A DNA stretch of 64,000 nucleotides. Source: Squalus acanthias (Eukaryota). The position numbers and the translations under genes were made by a program. Positions 38,250 through 49,174 of the stretch are shown one piece after another. The DNA lies in NCBI GenBank assembly GCA_030390025.1, contig CM059432.1, positions 113,214,001 to 113,278,000 on the forward strand, read 5' to 3'. Below the pieces are notes generated by a model. It saw nothing but the letters and a program-made list of their open reading frames with translations. It did not search any database and was not told where the DNA came from. How positions within the stretch are numbered: position 1 is the first letter of the stretch; every line of letters starts with the position of its first letter.

Positions 38250-38646
38250 GCTGATGGAATAGATGGTCGGTGAAGTAGAGATGAGAGAAGCAATCTGTCA
38301 ATGGTGTGATAAGTTCTACCAATGAGATGAGACTGGATGGCGAATTTGCTGCAAGCACTTGCAGCCTGTAGAAAGCTAAATGTGTGCTGGGAATGCAGTC
38401 AGCAACAGCTTCTGTCTGAGGAAAGTGACCAGCTGTGAGGTGGGAGTTTTTGTAAAGCAATGGCCACTCAACTCCCACCTCAGGCTGACAGACATGGTTC
38501 CTGAGCTCCGTGAATACCGTGGGCAGCCAGGGAAATTCGAAAGTTTGGCTGAAAAAGGCTTTTAAGGGTCTGACAACTACCTGTTAATGATTTGAATTAG
38601 CTCGCCCGCCTCTGCCAGTCGTGTTGCTGCTGCACTGACAAACGTG

Positions 38647-38843
38647 CCCGAGGGCAAGGCGCGTGGGGAGGGCACGTGGGAAGGGCAAGGCGCGTGGGGA
38701 GGGCAAGGCACGTGGGAAGGGCAAGGCGCGTGGGGAGGGCAAGGCGCGTGGGGAGGGCAAGGCGCGTGGGGAGGGCAAGGCGCATGGGGAGGGCAAGGCG
38801 CGTGGGGAGGGCAAGGCACGTGGGGAGGGCAAGGCGCATGGGG
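38647..38843. repeat. 18-bp G-rich tandem repeat (GGGAGGGCAAGGCGCGTG), ~11 copies
   Basis: Directly visible; lies ~100 bp inside the H2 right TIR. Confidence 0.92.
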
Positions 38844-39153
38844 GCGGGATGATGGCGGATTCCCGACCCGCTGCAACTTATTTTAAATTTCCCACCCGAC
38901 CCGCCTCCAATCGCATCCGGACGGACCCCAGAAAATTCCGACCTCTGTTTCTCTCTCCACAGATGCTGCCTGAACTGCTGAGTATTTCCAGCATTTTCTG
39001 TTTTTATTTCATCTTATGAACATGTACTAAAGACGAAAAAAATCTACTAACTCAATTGAAGGTGCCTGGCATAACAGTATGTAATGTTAAATAACAACAG
39101 AAAACGCTGGAAAAACTCAGCAGGCCAGGCAGCATCCGTGGAGAGAGAAAGAG

Positions 39154-39190
39154 AGTTAACGTTTCAGGTCGATGACCTTTCATCAGAACT
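39154..39190 (-). ncRNA. Minimal type I hammerhead ribozyme (family A)
   Basis: Minus strand agtt-CTGATGA-A-aggtc-atc-gacct-GAAA-cgtt-aact. Confidence 0.8.
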
Positions 39191-39468
39191 GGGAAGAGCC
39201 GGAAATCAAATAGATTTAAGGCCAGGGTAAAGCTGGGAAAAGGGGAGGGGATAAAGGAACAAAGGGGGAGATGAAGAGACATTAAGAGACATTAAGAGAT
39301 ATGCAAGGCTAGAGGTGGTGTTAATGTGACAGATTAAGGCTGAATGAAGTGTGAAATCCACTGGCAGAATGAAGGGCAGCTGCCAGCTTCTAGGAGGGAA
39401 AAAAAAAGGTGGGGGGGGACAAATAAAAGGGTGGATAAAATAAAATATAAATGTGATTGGAGCTGAGG

Positions 39469-41790
39469 TTATGATCTAAAATTGTTGAACTCGATATTGA
39501 GTCCAGAGGGCTGTAGCGTGCCTAAACGAAAGATGAGGTGCTGTTCCTCGAGCTTACGCTGAGCTTCCGTGGAACAGTGTAATAGGCCGAGGACGGTGAG
39601 GTCAGAGTGGGAGTGAAGCGGTGAATTAAAGTGACAGGCCACCGGGAGCTCGGGGTCCCCCTTACGGACTGAACGGAGGTGTTCCGCAAAGCGGTCACCC
39701 AATCTGCGTTTGGTCTCCCCAATGTAGAGGAGTCCACATCGTGAGCAGCGAATACAGTATACTAAATTGCAGGAAGTACAAGTAAATCACTGTTTCACCT
39801 GGAAGGGGTGTTTGGGGCCCTGGACAGTGGGAAGAGGGGAGGTATAAGGGCATGTGTTGCATCTCCTGTGCGTGCACGGGAAGGTGCCGGGCGAAGGGGA
39901 AGGGGTGCTGGGGGTGGTAGAGGAGTGGACTAGGGTGTCGCGGAGGGAGCGGTCCCTACGGAATGCTGAAAGGGGAGGTGAGGGGAAGATGTGTTTGGTG
40001 GTGGGATCACGCTGGAGGTGGCGGAAATGGCGGAGGATGATCCGTTGAATGTGGAGGCTGGTGGGGTGAAAGGTGAGGACAAGGGGAACCCTATCGTGGT
40101 TCCGGGAGGGAGGGGCAGGGGTGAGGGCAGATGTGCGGGAGATAGAACGGACACGGTCGAGGGCCGTGTCGACCACGGTAGAGGGGAATCCTCGGTTGAG
40201 GAAAAACGAAGACATGTCGGAAGCACTGGTATGGAAGGTGGCATCATCAGAGCAGATGCGGCGGAGACGGAGAAACTGGGAGAATGGAATAGAGTCCTTA
40301 CAGGAGGCGGGGTGGGAGGAAGTGTAGTCCAGGTAGCTGTGGGAGTCGGTGGGCTTGTAGTGAATGTTAGTCAATAACCTATCCCCAGAGATGGAGATGG
40401 AGAAGTCGAGGAAGGGAAGGGAAGAGTCGGAGATGGACCATGTGAAGGTGAGGGAAGGGTGGAAATTGGAAGCATAGTGAATGAAATGTTCTAGTTCAGG
40501 GCGAGAGCAGGAGACGGCACCGATACAGTCATCAATGTACCGGAAAAAAAGGTGAGGGAGGGGACCCGAGTAGGACTGGAACAAAGAGTGTTCCACATAT
40601 CCCACGAAAAGGCAGGCATAGCTAGGACCCATGCGGGTACCCATAGCAACACCTTTAATTTGGAGGAAATGGGTAGAGTCAAAGGAGAAGTTGTTCAATG
40701 TGAGAACAAGTTCAGCCAGGCGGAGGAGGGTGGTGGTGGACGGGGACTGGTTGGGCCTCTGTTCAAGGAAGAAGCGGAGCGCCCTCAGGCCATCCTGGTG
40801 GGGAATGGAGGTGTAGAGGGATTGTACGTCCATAGTGAAGAGGAGACGGTTGGGGCCGGGAAACTGGAAACTGTTAAAATGGCGGAGGGCATCGGAAGAG
40901 TCGCGGATGTAGGTGGGAAGAGACTGGACAAGGGGAGAAAAAATAGAGTCGAGATAGGAAGAGATAAGTTCCGTGGGGCAAGAACAGGCTGAAACGATGG
41001 GTCTACCGGGGCAGTCCTGTTTGTGGATCTTGGGAAGGAGGTAGAAGCGGGCTGTGCGGGGTTGGGGAACTATGAGGTTGGCGGCCATGGGGGGGAAGAT
41101 CTCCAGAGGAGATGAGGTCAGTGACAGTCTTGGACACGGTGGCTTGATGTTCGGTAGTGGGGTCATGGTCCAGGTGGAGGTAGGAGGAGGTGTCAGAGAG
41201 TTGGCGTTCAACTTCCGCTAGGTAGAGGTCGGTTCGCCAAACAACAACAGCGCCACCCTTGTCAGCAGGTTTAATGACAATGTCAGGGTTGGATCGGAGA
41301 GAATGGAGTGCTGCAAGTTCAGAGGGAGGTAGGTTGGAGTGAGTGAGGGGAGCAGAGAAATTGAGCTGGCCGATGTCACGGCGGCAGTTAGCAATGAAAA
41401 GATCAAGAGAGGGTAAGAGGCCAGAGGGAGGGGTCCAGGTGGAACGAGAATTCTGAAAGCGGGAGAAAGGGTCAGCTGTGCGGGGGGAAGACTCCTGGCC
41501 AGAGAAGTGGGCACGGAGACGGAGGCGGCGGAAAAAGAGCTCAGCATCGTGCCGAGCTCGAAATTCATTGAGATGGGGGCGTAAGGGGATGAAGCTCAGG
41601 CCTTTGCTGAGGACTGATCGTTCGGAGTCAGAGAGGGGAAGGTCAGAGGGGATAGTGAAAACGTGGCAGGGGGTGAGATTGGGAGAAGGGGGGTCAGAGG
41701 AAAGTGAAGGGGAAGAAGGTTCCAGAGGGGCTTTAGTGTCCAAGAGTTGTTGAAGCTTGCGATCCTTGACATCGGAAAGGAAGAAGAGAA
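39469..41790 (-). pseudogene. PLE RT-GIY-YIG ORF with one frameshift (~41090 G-run) and one TGA (39787)
   Basis: IKPADKGG, FYLLPKIHK, MDVQSLYT, GVAMG, FRYIDD, FPCTHRRCNTC, YIGET. Confidence 0.9.
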
Positions 41791-42660
41791 GTATGTAATG
41801 TTTGTAAGATCTGATTTGCAGCATCTGCTAATTTCTTCAAATACATAACAATCAAAACTCTGGAAATCTGAAATTAAAAAAAACAGCAGGTTGATCAGCA
41901 TAAGAGAGAGAAAGATAGGTTCATCTTGTGGTCTTTGTTGGAATTTCTTCATATTGTTGTGTTGAAGGATCACACCCACAACACAAGCCTGATGCTGACA
42001 GATGCTGATTGATCTGCAGACCATTTCCATGACTAAAATTAGGACACGCTCAATTGTTGCAAAACATACTGGATACTCCCGACTGGTCTCGGGAGGATTT
42101 TATTTGTCTTGCGATGCACTTGTACAAGACAGTCCAGCCCCTTGAAAACAGAGCTCTATATTTAAACAACAGGTGCTAAAGTGATGTCTCAGTTGATGTA
42201 GAGGCTGTAAGATCCCAGCAGCAACTGCATTTAGAGCAAATTGCCTGAGATTCTCATCACCAGTCTGTCAATCATTGATAAACCTGATGAAAGATTAGGG
42301 AAGTTCTTTTAGTTGCCTCTCAACGCTTGGAGTGGATTCCCTTTAAGAACTATATATATATTTTAAACTCAAAAACAGAAAAAAACCCTACATATTACTC
42401 ATTAAATAAAACAGGCATATTGTCACAGTCTCTTCATGTATTAGAATCTGAATGGACATATCACACAGTAAGACTAAGCAGTGTTCTTGTAGGCTGTACT
42501 GGAGTTATCAAGGTAGCATATAGAAGTCAAAACCAATATTTTTTTTTGTTTGGAAAATATTGTGGAATTTTTTTTACCACATTTTCTGTAGCTGCCAAGG
42601 ACCCTCATCAGTTTGACTTTGTGATTTGTAATTGTGTACCATCTCCAACAAGTGACAGTC

Positions 42661-43542
42661 AATGCAACAAATTACAGGAGGACATTAATAAACTTGCAGA
42701 ATGGGCATATAATTGGCAAATGAAGTTCAACACAGCTAAACGTGAGGTATTACATTTTGGTAGGAAGAATAGGAAGGTCACTTATTACTTGGAGGGTGCG
42801 AGTCTAGGTGGGGTAGAGGAGCAAAGGGATCTCGGAGTACAAATACACAAATCACTAAACGTTGCGACACAGGTTAACAAGGCCACAAAAAAAGCAAACC
42901 AAGCACTAGGCTTTATTTCTAGAGGGATAGAATTGAAAAGTAGGGAAGTTATGCTAAACCTGTATCGAACCTTGGTTAGACCCCATTTGGAGTACTGCGT
43001 ACAGTACTGGTCACCATATTATAAAAAGGATATGGAGGCACTGGAGAGGGTGCAGAGAAGATTTACAAGGATGATACCAGAAATGCAAGGGTATCAGGAA
43101 AGGATGAACAGGCTGGGTCTCTTTTCTCTTGAAAAAAGAAGGCTGAGGGGTGCCCTAATAAAGGTCTTTAAAATTATGAAAAATTTTGATGGAGTGGATA
43201 CAGAGAGAATGTTTCCATTTGTGAGGAAGAGCATAACTAGAGGCCATCAATATAAGATAGTCACCAAGAAATCCAATAGAGAATTCAGAAGAAACTTCTT
43301 TACCCAAAGAGCGGTGAGAATGTGGAACTCGCTACCACGGGGAGTGGTTGAAGCGAATAGTATAGATGCATTTAAGGGGAGGCCAGACAAGCATATGAGG
43401 GAGAAGGGAATGGAGGGTTATCCTGATAGATTTAGATGAGGAAAGACGGGAGGAGGCTCGAGAGGAGCATAAACGCTGGCATGGACTGGTTGGGCCGAAT
43501 GGCCTGTTTCTGTGCCGTATATCCTATGTAATCCTATGTAAT
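42661..43542 (+). mobile_element. CR1 3' fragment
   Basis: LQEDINKL..RPHLEYC..FFTQR; tail (atcctatgta)n. Confidence 0.88.
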
Positions 43543-44559
43543 GAGGGCATTAAAATGTGCCTTATTTGTGCTCTGTGGAGGATTCAAGCATGAATATACA
43601 GGGCAGTTTGATTTGAAACATATAAATTATGGGATACCTAGAACAGTAAGTACATTGAATGTAACTACTTAGCCCTACACCAATGTTACACTTAACAGTT
43701 ATCGGTCAGAAAAGGTTTGGTGCCTTCTCATATCAGCAGCATATTGTGACAATACAAAAGATCACAATGCCAGAGCTGTGCAAGACTAAAAGACCTTTTA
43801 AAATCAACAGCTGTTTTACAAAGACATTTTCTGGAAGTCACAATTGGTGTTAACTATTTTCAATTGTCCCAACCATAAGGTTTATTTTATTATGCCTGTC
43901 ACGCCTGAAGTATAACCTTAAGGTCACAGGGGCATCGCCTCTGTCTTGGAGCAGAGGACAAGATAATGCGATGGACAAGGGAGTGCTGAGCACCAGATTA
44001 CGATGGAATGTTGCACATTATTGTTCATGGTCCCACAGATTAAATAAAGTAATATTCAGATTTGCTAATTAAGGTTCAAAACTGAAAGTCAGGTCATTCA
44101 CTCGCATGGCACTTTATTTTACTGTTTTACTGCTATTCATTGCCAGTGTTACCATGGCTACTGTTTTCACAGTAAAAATATTCCGGAGCTGGACATGGGG
44201 AAAGAAAATGATAAAACTGCCAAACCAACAGAATTTTTGCCGAATTCCTCTCAATTCCAGCAATGCATCAGAGGCTCCGTTAAAGCATGCACCATGTCCA
44301 AGAAGTCAGAATCTCAATGAGAGTATTAATATATACCACACTTGGGCTTAATGGAGGGAGACAGCCCTTCAATGCATCTAAGGCTCTACTAAGGCACGTG
44401 CACTTTGCACCAAGTTGCGACAGCAGACATCCAGGCCAAAAGCCTTCTTCGATACTGCCAATATGCCAAGTGTGCCTCAGGGCATCATCTGTTGAACACA
44501 CATTGACTCCATCAGGCCAAGCCCTACTGAAATAGGAAAAAACATTCTCAGTGCCTAAT

Positions 44560-45150
44560 GTCAACTTGAGAATCCTCCACTTTAATGCCAAGATCTGTTC
44601 CAGTGAGATAGCAAGCTGCAGGGATGGCTACAGAGGGATTCCAACAACCCTCCTCAAACTTGGCTAATGACACCATTCAACATGTCCAAAAATGTGTGGG
44701 TTAGGTTGATTTGGCTATGATAAATTGACCCTTAGTGTTAGGGGGATAGGATGGGATATGTTAGGGGGAATTAAATACGTGGGGGTAGGGTGGGATATGT
44801 GTACTGTGGGGATTAAAGCAGGGACAGGGTACTGGATTTGGATGATCAGCCATGATCGTATTGAATGGCGGAGCAGGCTCGACGGGCCGAATGGCCTACT
44901 CCTGCTCCTAGATTCTATGTTTCTATGTTTCTATGTTTAACATGTCAAGCAGCAGAGCTAAGGAGTGCCAAAACCAGGGTATTGATTAAGGAGTGTTTTT
45001 AAGTCTTGAAGTAACAATTCTATGGTCTGGATCATTTGTGGGGTGCATTAAAGTACGCTCCACAATGTGTGTGGAAGATAGTAATGTCCTATAGGCTTTG
45101 AAATCAAAAGAGACGTCAGCACACAGCACAGTTATGAATTATAGCATTCA
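44560..45150 (+). pseudogene. Old Harbinger transposase remnant, split by a SINE
   Basis: WLMTPF..|..TRVLIKECF*VLK*QFYGLDHLWGALKY parallels H3 [32 protein letters not shown]. Confidence 0.6.
44687..44938 (+). mobile_element. 5'-truncated V-SINE (HE1-like)
   Basis: Near-identical to 36191-36470; 8-bp TSD aacatgtc (44679-86/44939-46). Confidence 0.85.
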
Positions 45151-45300
45151 GGGGTTGAGCAGGATGAGTGGACCCAAGGACATGGCTACTGCTGAAGAGG
45201 CCCCACTGCTTGTTGTCTAGCATGTCAGCAATTAGCATATTTTTTCAGCCAAGCTTCTACAGTGTCTCTGTTAAGTTGTCCAGGGATGAATGACTACTAT

Positions 45301-45901
45301 TGTTAGACATCCTGGAGAGATGTCTGTCGGACATCTTGGGAGTTAAGAGTTTAACAGTCGAACTGCTTTGTTAAACAGGATGACATTGAAGTGTCGTAAA
45401 AGGAATGCATTGTCAGGCTTTCCGACATAAACAGGTTGACATTGAAATGTGGTGAGGAGAAAGCCTGGCTTGTCTTCTGATATGTAAAGTGCTTGTGTAA
45501 GGAAATAAGTGTGGGGCAATAAAACAGGGGCAGCGAGTCCTTTTGCTAAAGATAACAGTAGGTAAAGGAAGCTTTATTTAAGGGAAATGGTTCTGAGGTA
45601 AACAATTTCAAACTGTTTACAGGATAGTCTGTTTCCAGAGGATTTGGGAAATAGATATGTCATTTTGACATTTTCCTTTGATGTAGTTAAAATATGGTGT
45701 ATAAAGGAGCATGGTTTTCAACAGTATCTCAGAGTGTACTCGAAAGATACAGAAACCGGTAAAGTCACTCTCTGTACAGAGTTAAAGACTGATCACCTTT
45801 CTGTGTATCAATAAAGTCTGTTCCGTATACTCCACTACGAAGTCTCGAGCTTACTCGAAACGTGTTGTTGTGAACCAGAGGAGAAAGAAGGTTGCTCAAC
45901 A
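45301..45901 (+). mobile_element. 5' LTR of an ERV-like element
   Basis: TGTT...AACA ends, TATAAAA ~45700, AATAAA ~45810, immediately followed by a PBS; start position approximate. Confidence 0.7.
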
Positions 45902-45903
45902 TT

Positions 45904-45939
45904 TGGTGCCGTGACTTGGATTTGGTGCCGTGAACTCGA
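45904..45939 (+). promoter_or_regulatory. Tandem tRNA-His primer binding sites
   Basis: TGGTGCCGTGACTTGGAT is 17/18 with the complement of the recalled vertebrate tRNA-His 3' end (TGGTGCCGTGACTCGGAT); second copy TGGTGCCGTGAACTCG at 45923. Confidence 0.8.
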
Positions 45940-47832
45940 CCAACGAATACGCGGACAGTGAGTATGATTTAACATCGATAGTGGTTATAACTAGCTCCTG
46001 GGAATCATGATCTAGGGAATAGGATGGAATCAGACAAAATAGTCGGTTTCTCGACCAAGTTGGTCCCTTTGAAAATTTCTGACTGAATTATAAGTAAGGG
46101 GGGGCTCTTGCAGTTTTTCCAAGGAAATTTTAAACGGGAACTGGGAGGAGATTGAGCAGGCACTGGAGAATGTATGTCTGCAGAGACAAAGAGATAGTAG
46201 ACAGAAAATTATCCTGTTTCAGCAGAAACAAAATGAAAGGAGACAGAGAACATACCTATTGCAGGGGCTTTGTCTGGGTGCTTTGTGGAGAAACATGCTC
46301 ACACACAGGCTGAAAATAAGGTCTTGAAGGCAGGAATAGAGAAACTTAAAGAGGAGTTTGATGCAGTCAGGGTCCATGCTGTGCAAGCTACTAATTCCTT
46401 CCTGGCAAGTCACGATGTCGTGGTGCAAATGTGTGAGGAGAGCGAGGAATTGGAAGTTAAAGTGAGCAGCTTAGAAATTGAGGTGGACAGTTAGAAAAGG
46501 CGCTGGAAAAAGTGTGCCGACAGAAACAAATACAGAAACTGGAACAGAAGCAGAAACAAAAAGACAGAGGCCTTGGGCTAATGAAAGAATAGTCTGAGGT
46601 GTTGCTCATTAATTCAGTGAAGGAAGCTGTGGGTGAGAAACTGATCCAGAAACAGTTCGAGATGAAAAGAATGGGAGGAGCTTGCTCAGAAGCACTTAAA
46701 GTTTCTGTAGGAATGGGCAGTCTCAGAACTGATGAGATGTTCAGTGAAAAGCTAACATGTGGGATTTGTAAGCATGGTCTAAAGGGATGCGAAATGGAAG
46801 TTGGAATGTTGAAAATGTTGAGAGAGGCAGTTATAGCAGTTCCGAAGGGTGAACTGCAAAAGGGATTGGGACTCTCGACTGAATGTTCAGCGTTCCCTTC
46901 ACCCTTTACTCTATGTTGTTACACACCTCCCATATACCAGAGGAAAGTGTGAAGAATTGTGCAGGAGGTAACAGGTTTGGTTGAGGACACGGACTGTGAG
47001 CTTGAAACTTTGAATCAGTACAGAATGGGATTCAGTAGAAAAAATCCTAAATTGAAAATTGGTTTAAGGGAAAAAGGATAAAACAGTTTATGATGGAATA
47101 AGGGAGAAAAGGGAAGATCTTGTCTCTTTTCTACTGATCTACAGGTTTTTAAAGCTGAGAGAAGTTGTGTGACGCAAGCTGACATTGATTGATGATGTCT
47201 GGGTTTGTCTTTTAGGAAATGTAAGGAAAGAAGTTAACTCTTTTCATAAGCAGTTGTGAACTCTGTTTTAATTCACTAAGCAACAATCTTTGCAGAACTG
47301 ACTGTAAACATTTTGGGCATTTTAAATTTTAAGGGGGAAAAATTCAGTTGGTTTGCGCCTCCAGTTAGCGCCTGGCGGGGGCGCCAACGGGGCGCTGATA
47401 CAGTAGCGTCGGGGCGAGGTGAATCCAGCAACGCACGTCAAATCCGGCCCTCCCCGTAACGCCGCCGCTAACAGTTACCGCCGGGGACTTCAACGCCAGG
47501 CAGATTGTGATGTCAGTGACAATGCTCACTGGGCGCCCGATCTACAAAATTCATTTTCACCCCCTGCCTTAGCGCCTTGCCTCGACAGCGACAGGGAGAG
47601 GAGGCGTCGAGCAGGCGGATGACGGCTCCAGGGGCGCTACTTAAATCTAAGCTCAGTAATGAGTCGCAGCTCTCAGGTTAGTGCTGTTTCACTGCTTCCT
47701 CGTCAGTTTGACATTGTGTAACAGTTTAATTTGGTCATTTAAAGGTTGCTTAGTATCAGGAGTGTTGTGGCTACTAAAAATTAGTTACATTTATTCTCAC
47801 AAAATATCAAAGTGCTACACTTGGTTACATTA

Positions 47833-48956
47833 ATGGGGGCTGTACTAGCAGTTGATTTACCCTCCAGGATCTACGGCGGAGGGAGTGGAGGCAGCGAGAA
47901 AGATTGGAACATGTGGCCAGAGGAAGGAGAAGGGCCATCAGGGCTCTCAACAGGAAGCCTTACCCTCCGAGGGTATTCCGAGAGCACTTCTCCTACCTCC
48001 AATTAAGTGAGGAGCAGTGTATTAGAAGGCTCCGCTTCACCAAGGAGGTGGTCACAGAACTCTGCCACCTCCTGCAACCAGACCTTGAGCCTCAGATAAG
48101 GATGACCACGGCTTTCTCAGCGGCAGTCAAGGTCACCATTGTCCTCAATTTCTTCACCAGCGGATCCTTCCAGTCTGCAACAGGAGACATAGCTAACATC
48201 TAACAGTTCGCTGTCCATCGCTGCATCCGAGAGGTCACAGAGGCTCTCTACAGTAGGAGAAGGGTCTACATTTCCTTCCCCATCACCAGAGAGAAGCAGG
48301 ACGAACGTGTATGTGGCTTTATCAGGATAGCGGGCTTCCCCATGGTGCAGGGCGCCATTGACTGCACCCATGTGGCTTTGCGGGCACCGCATAACAATCC
48401 TGAGATCTTCCGTTACCGCAAAGGCTACCGTTCACTTAATGTGCATTTGGTGTGCGACCACAGACAGCGAATCCTCAATGTCAATGCCCGCTATCCTGGC
48501 AGCAGCTATGATGCCTTCATCCTGGGCCAGACCGGTGTGCCAGCACTCTTCCAGCCACCACATCAAGCTCGCGACTGGCTGGTCAGAGACAAGGGCTATC
48601 CACTCTCCACCCGGCTCATGGCTCCCCTCCGCAACCCCAGCACTCCTACCCAGTACTCATATAATGAGAGACATGCTGCCACCAGGAACATCATCGAGCA
48701 GACCATCGGGGTGCTCAAGCAATGGTTCCGCTGCCTTGACCACTTGGGAGGAACCCTCCAGTGTTCGGCTGAGCGGGTGTCCCGTTTCGTCGTGGTCTGC
48801 TGCATGCTCCACAGCTTGGCCATCGTGAGGGCCCAGCCCTTGCCACCAGGGACTGCGGGACCACCTCAGGAGGAGGAAGAGGGAGAGGAGGAGGACGAGG
48901 AGGATGAGGAGGAAGAGGAAGATGAGGAGGAGGAGGAGGAAGAGGAGGAGGTGTAA
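47833..48956 (+). pseudogene. H3 DDE transposase, N-terminal frameshift and in-frame TAA at 48201
   Basis: [28 protein letters not shown], poly-E tail; ORFs 47904-48203 and 48342-48956 share a frame. Confidence 0.9.
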
Positions 48957-49174
48957 CAGGAACGAGGGAGGAGGCAACCACTCAATCAGCCTTTCGGAAG
49001 GGCAGTCCGTGACTGCCTCACCAGATCCCCGTTGCTCACCTCCTCCCCATCATTCCATCCCTGTCGCAGGCCATTTCACAGCGCAAAGTTGAAATGAGAG
49101 TCACCACAAAACAATCCAAACTGAATTAATAAATTTATCAATAATCAGTGAACGTATATTTACAACAACAATAT

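Larger units (their letters stand above)
33253..38943. mobile_element. PIF/Harbinger transposon H2, full two-gene structure, carrying CR1 and SINE inserts
   Basis: TIR GGCCAGAATTTTCT / GGTCGGAATTTTCT, TCT TSD; convergent Myb-like and transposase genes. Confidence 0.92.
32581..39008 (+). mobile_element. 5'-truncated Penelope-like element (GIY-YIG + pLTR; 32581-33252 and 38944-39008), split by Harbinger H2
   Basis: ORF 32640-32969 LVYCIRCSRCGLLYIGETKRRL..RFAEH; 12-bp TSD tcatcttatgaa (32569-80/39009-20). Confidence 0.88.
39089..41790 (-). mobile_element. Penelope-like retroelement (Neptune-type), 5'-truncated
   Basis: 12-13 bp TSD (a)gtatgtaatgtt (39076-88/41790-802); RT + Cys-rich linker + GIY-YIG; pLTR with hammerhead. 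Confidence 0.92.
30442..44010 (+). pseudogene. Decayed sacsin-like coding sequence fragmented by TEs (pieces ~30442-30475, 30661-31110, 31609-32580, 39021-39088, 41803-42660, 43545-44010)
   Basis: Collinear frameshifted motifs SEYWPLAKFV, WEFQTVLPNLF, LYFLE..IHGL..HLNAIDYGCFSS, IVQSPP, DEKNLLTQLKV, FILWSLLEFL, LEWIP, PYLCSV, GQ.E.LSTRLR resemble the recalled human SACS repeat 1 to start of repeat 2; not verified by search. Confidence 0.55.

Noticed and set aside
38577..39019. Repetitive ORFs (CPPHAP, GQGAWG, GKARGE)
   Set aside because: These are translations of the stop-free 18-bp tandem repeat.
42327..43439. 370-aa ORF as a novel fusion gene or RNA-virus polymerase fragment
   Set aside because: It is chance read-through from the decayed host-like remnant into a CR1 3' fragment; no RdRp motifs are present.
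47833..48956. Domesticated HARBI1 gene
   Set aside because: It lies within TIRs and a TSD, has a stop and frameshift, and has a sibling copy nearby.
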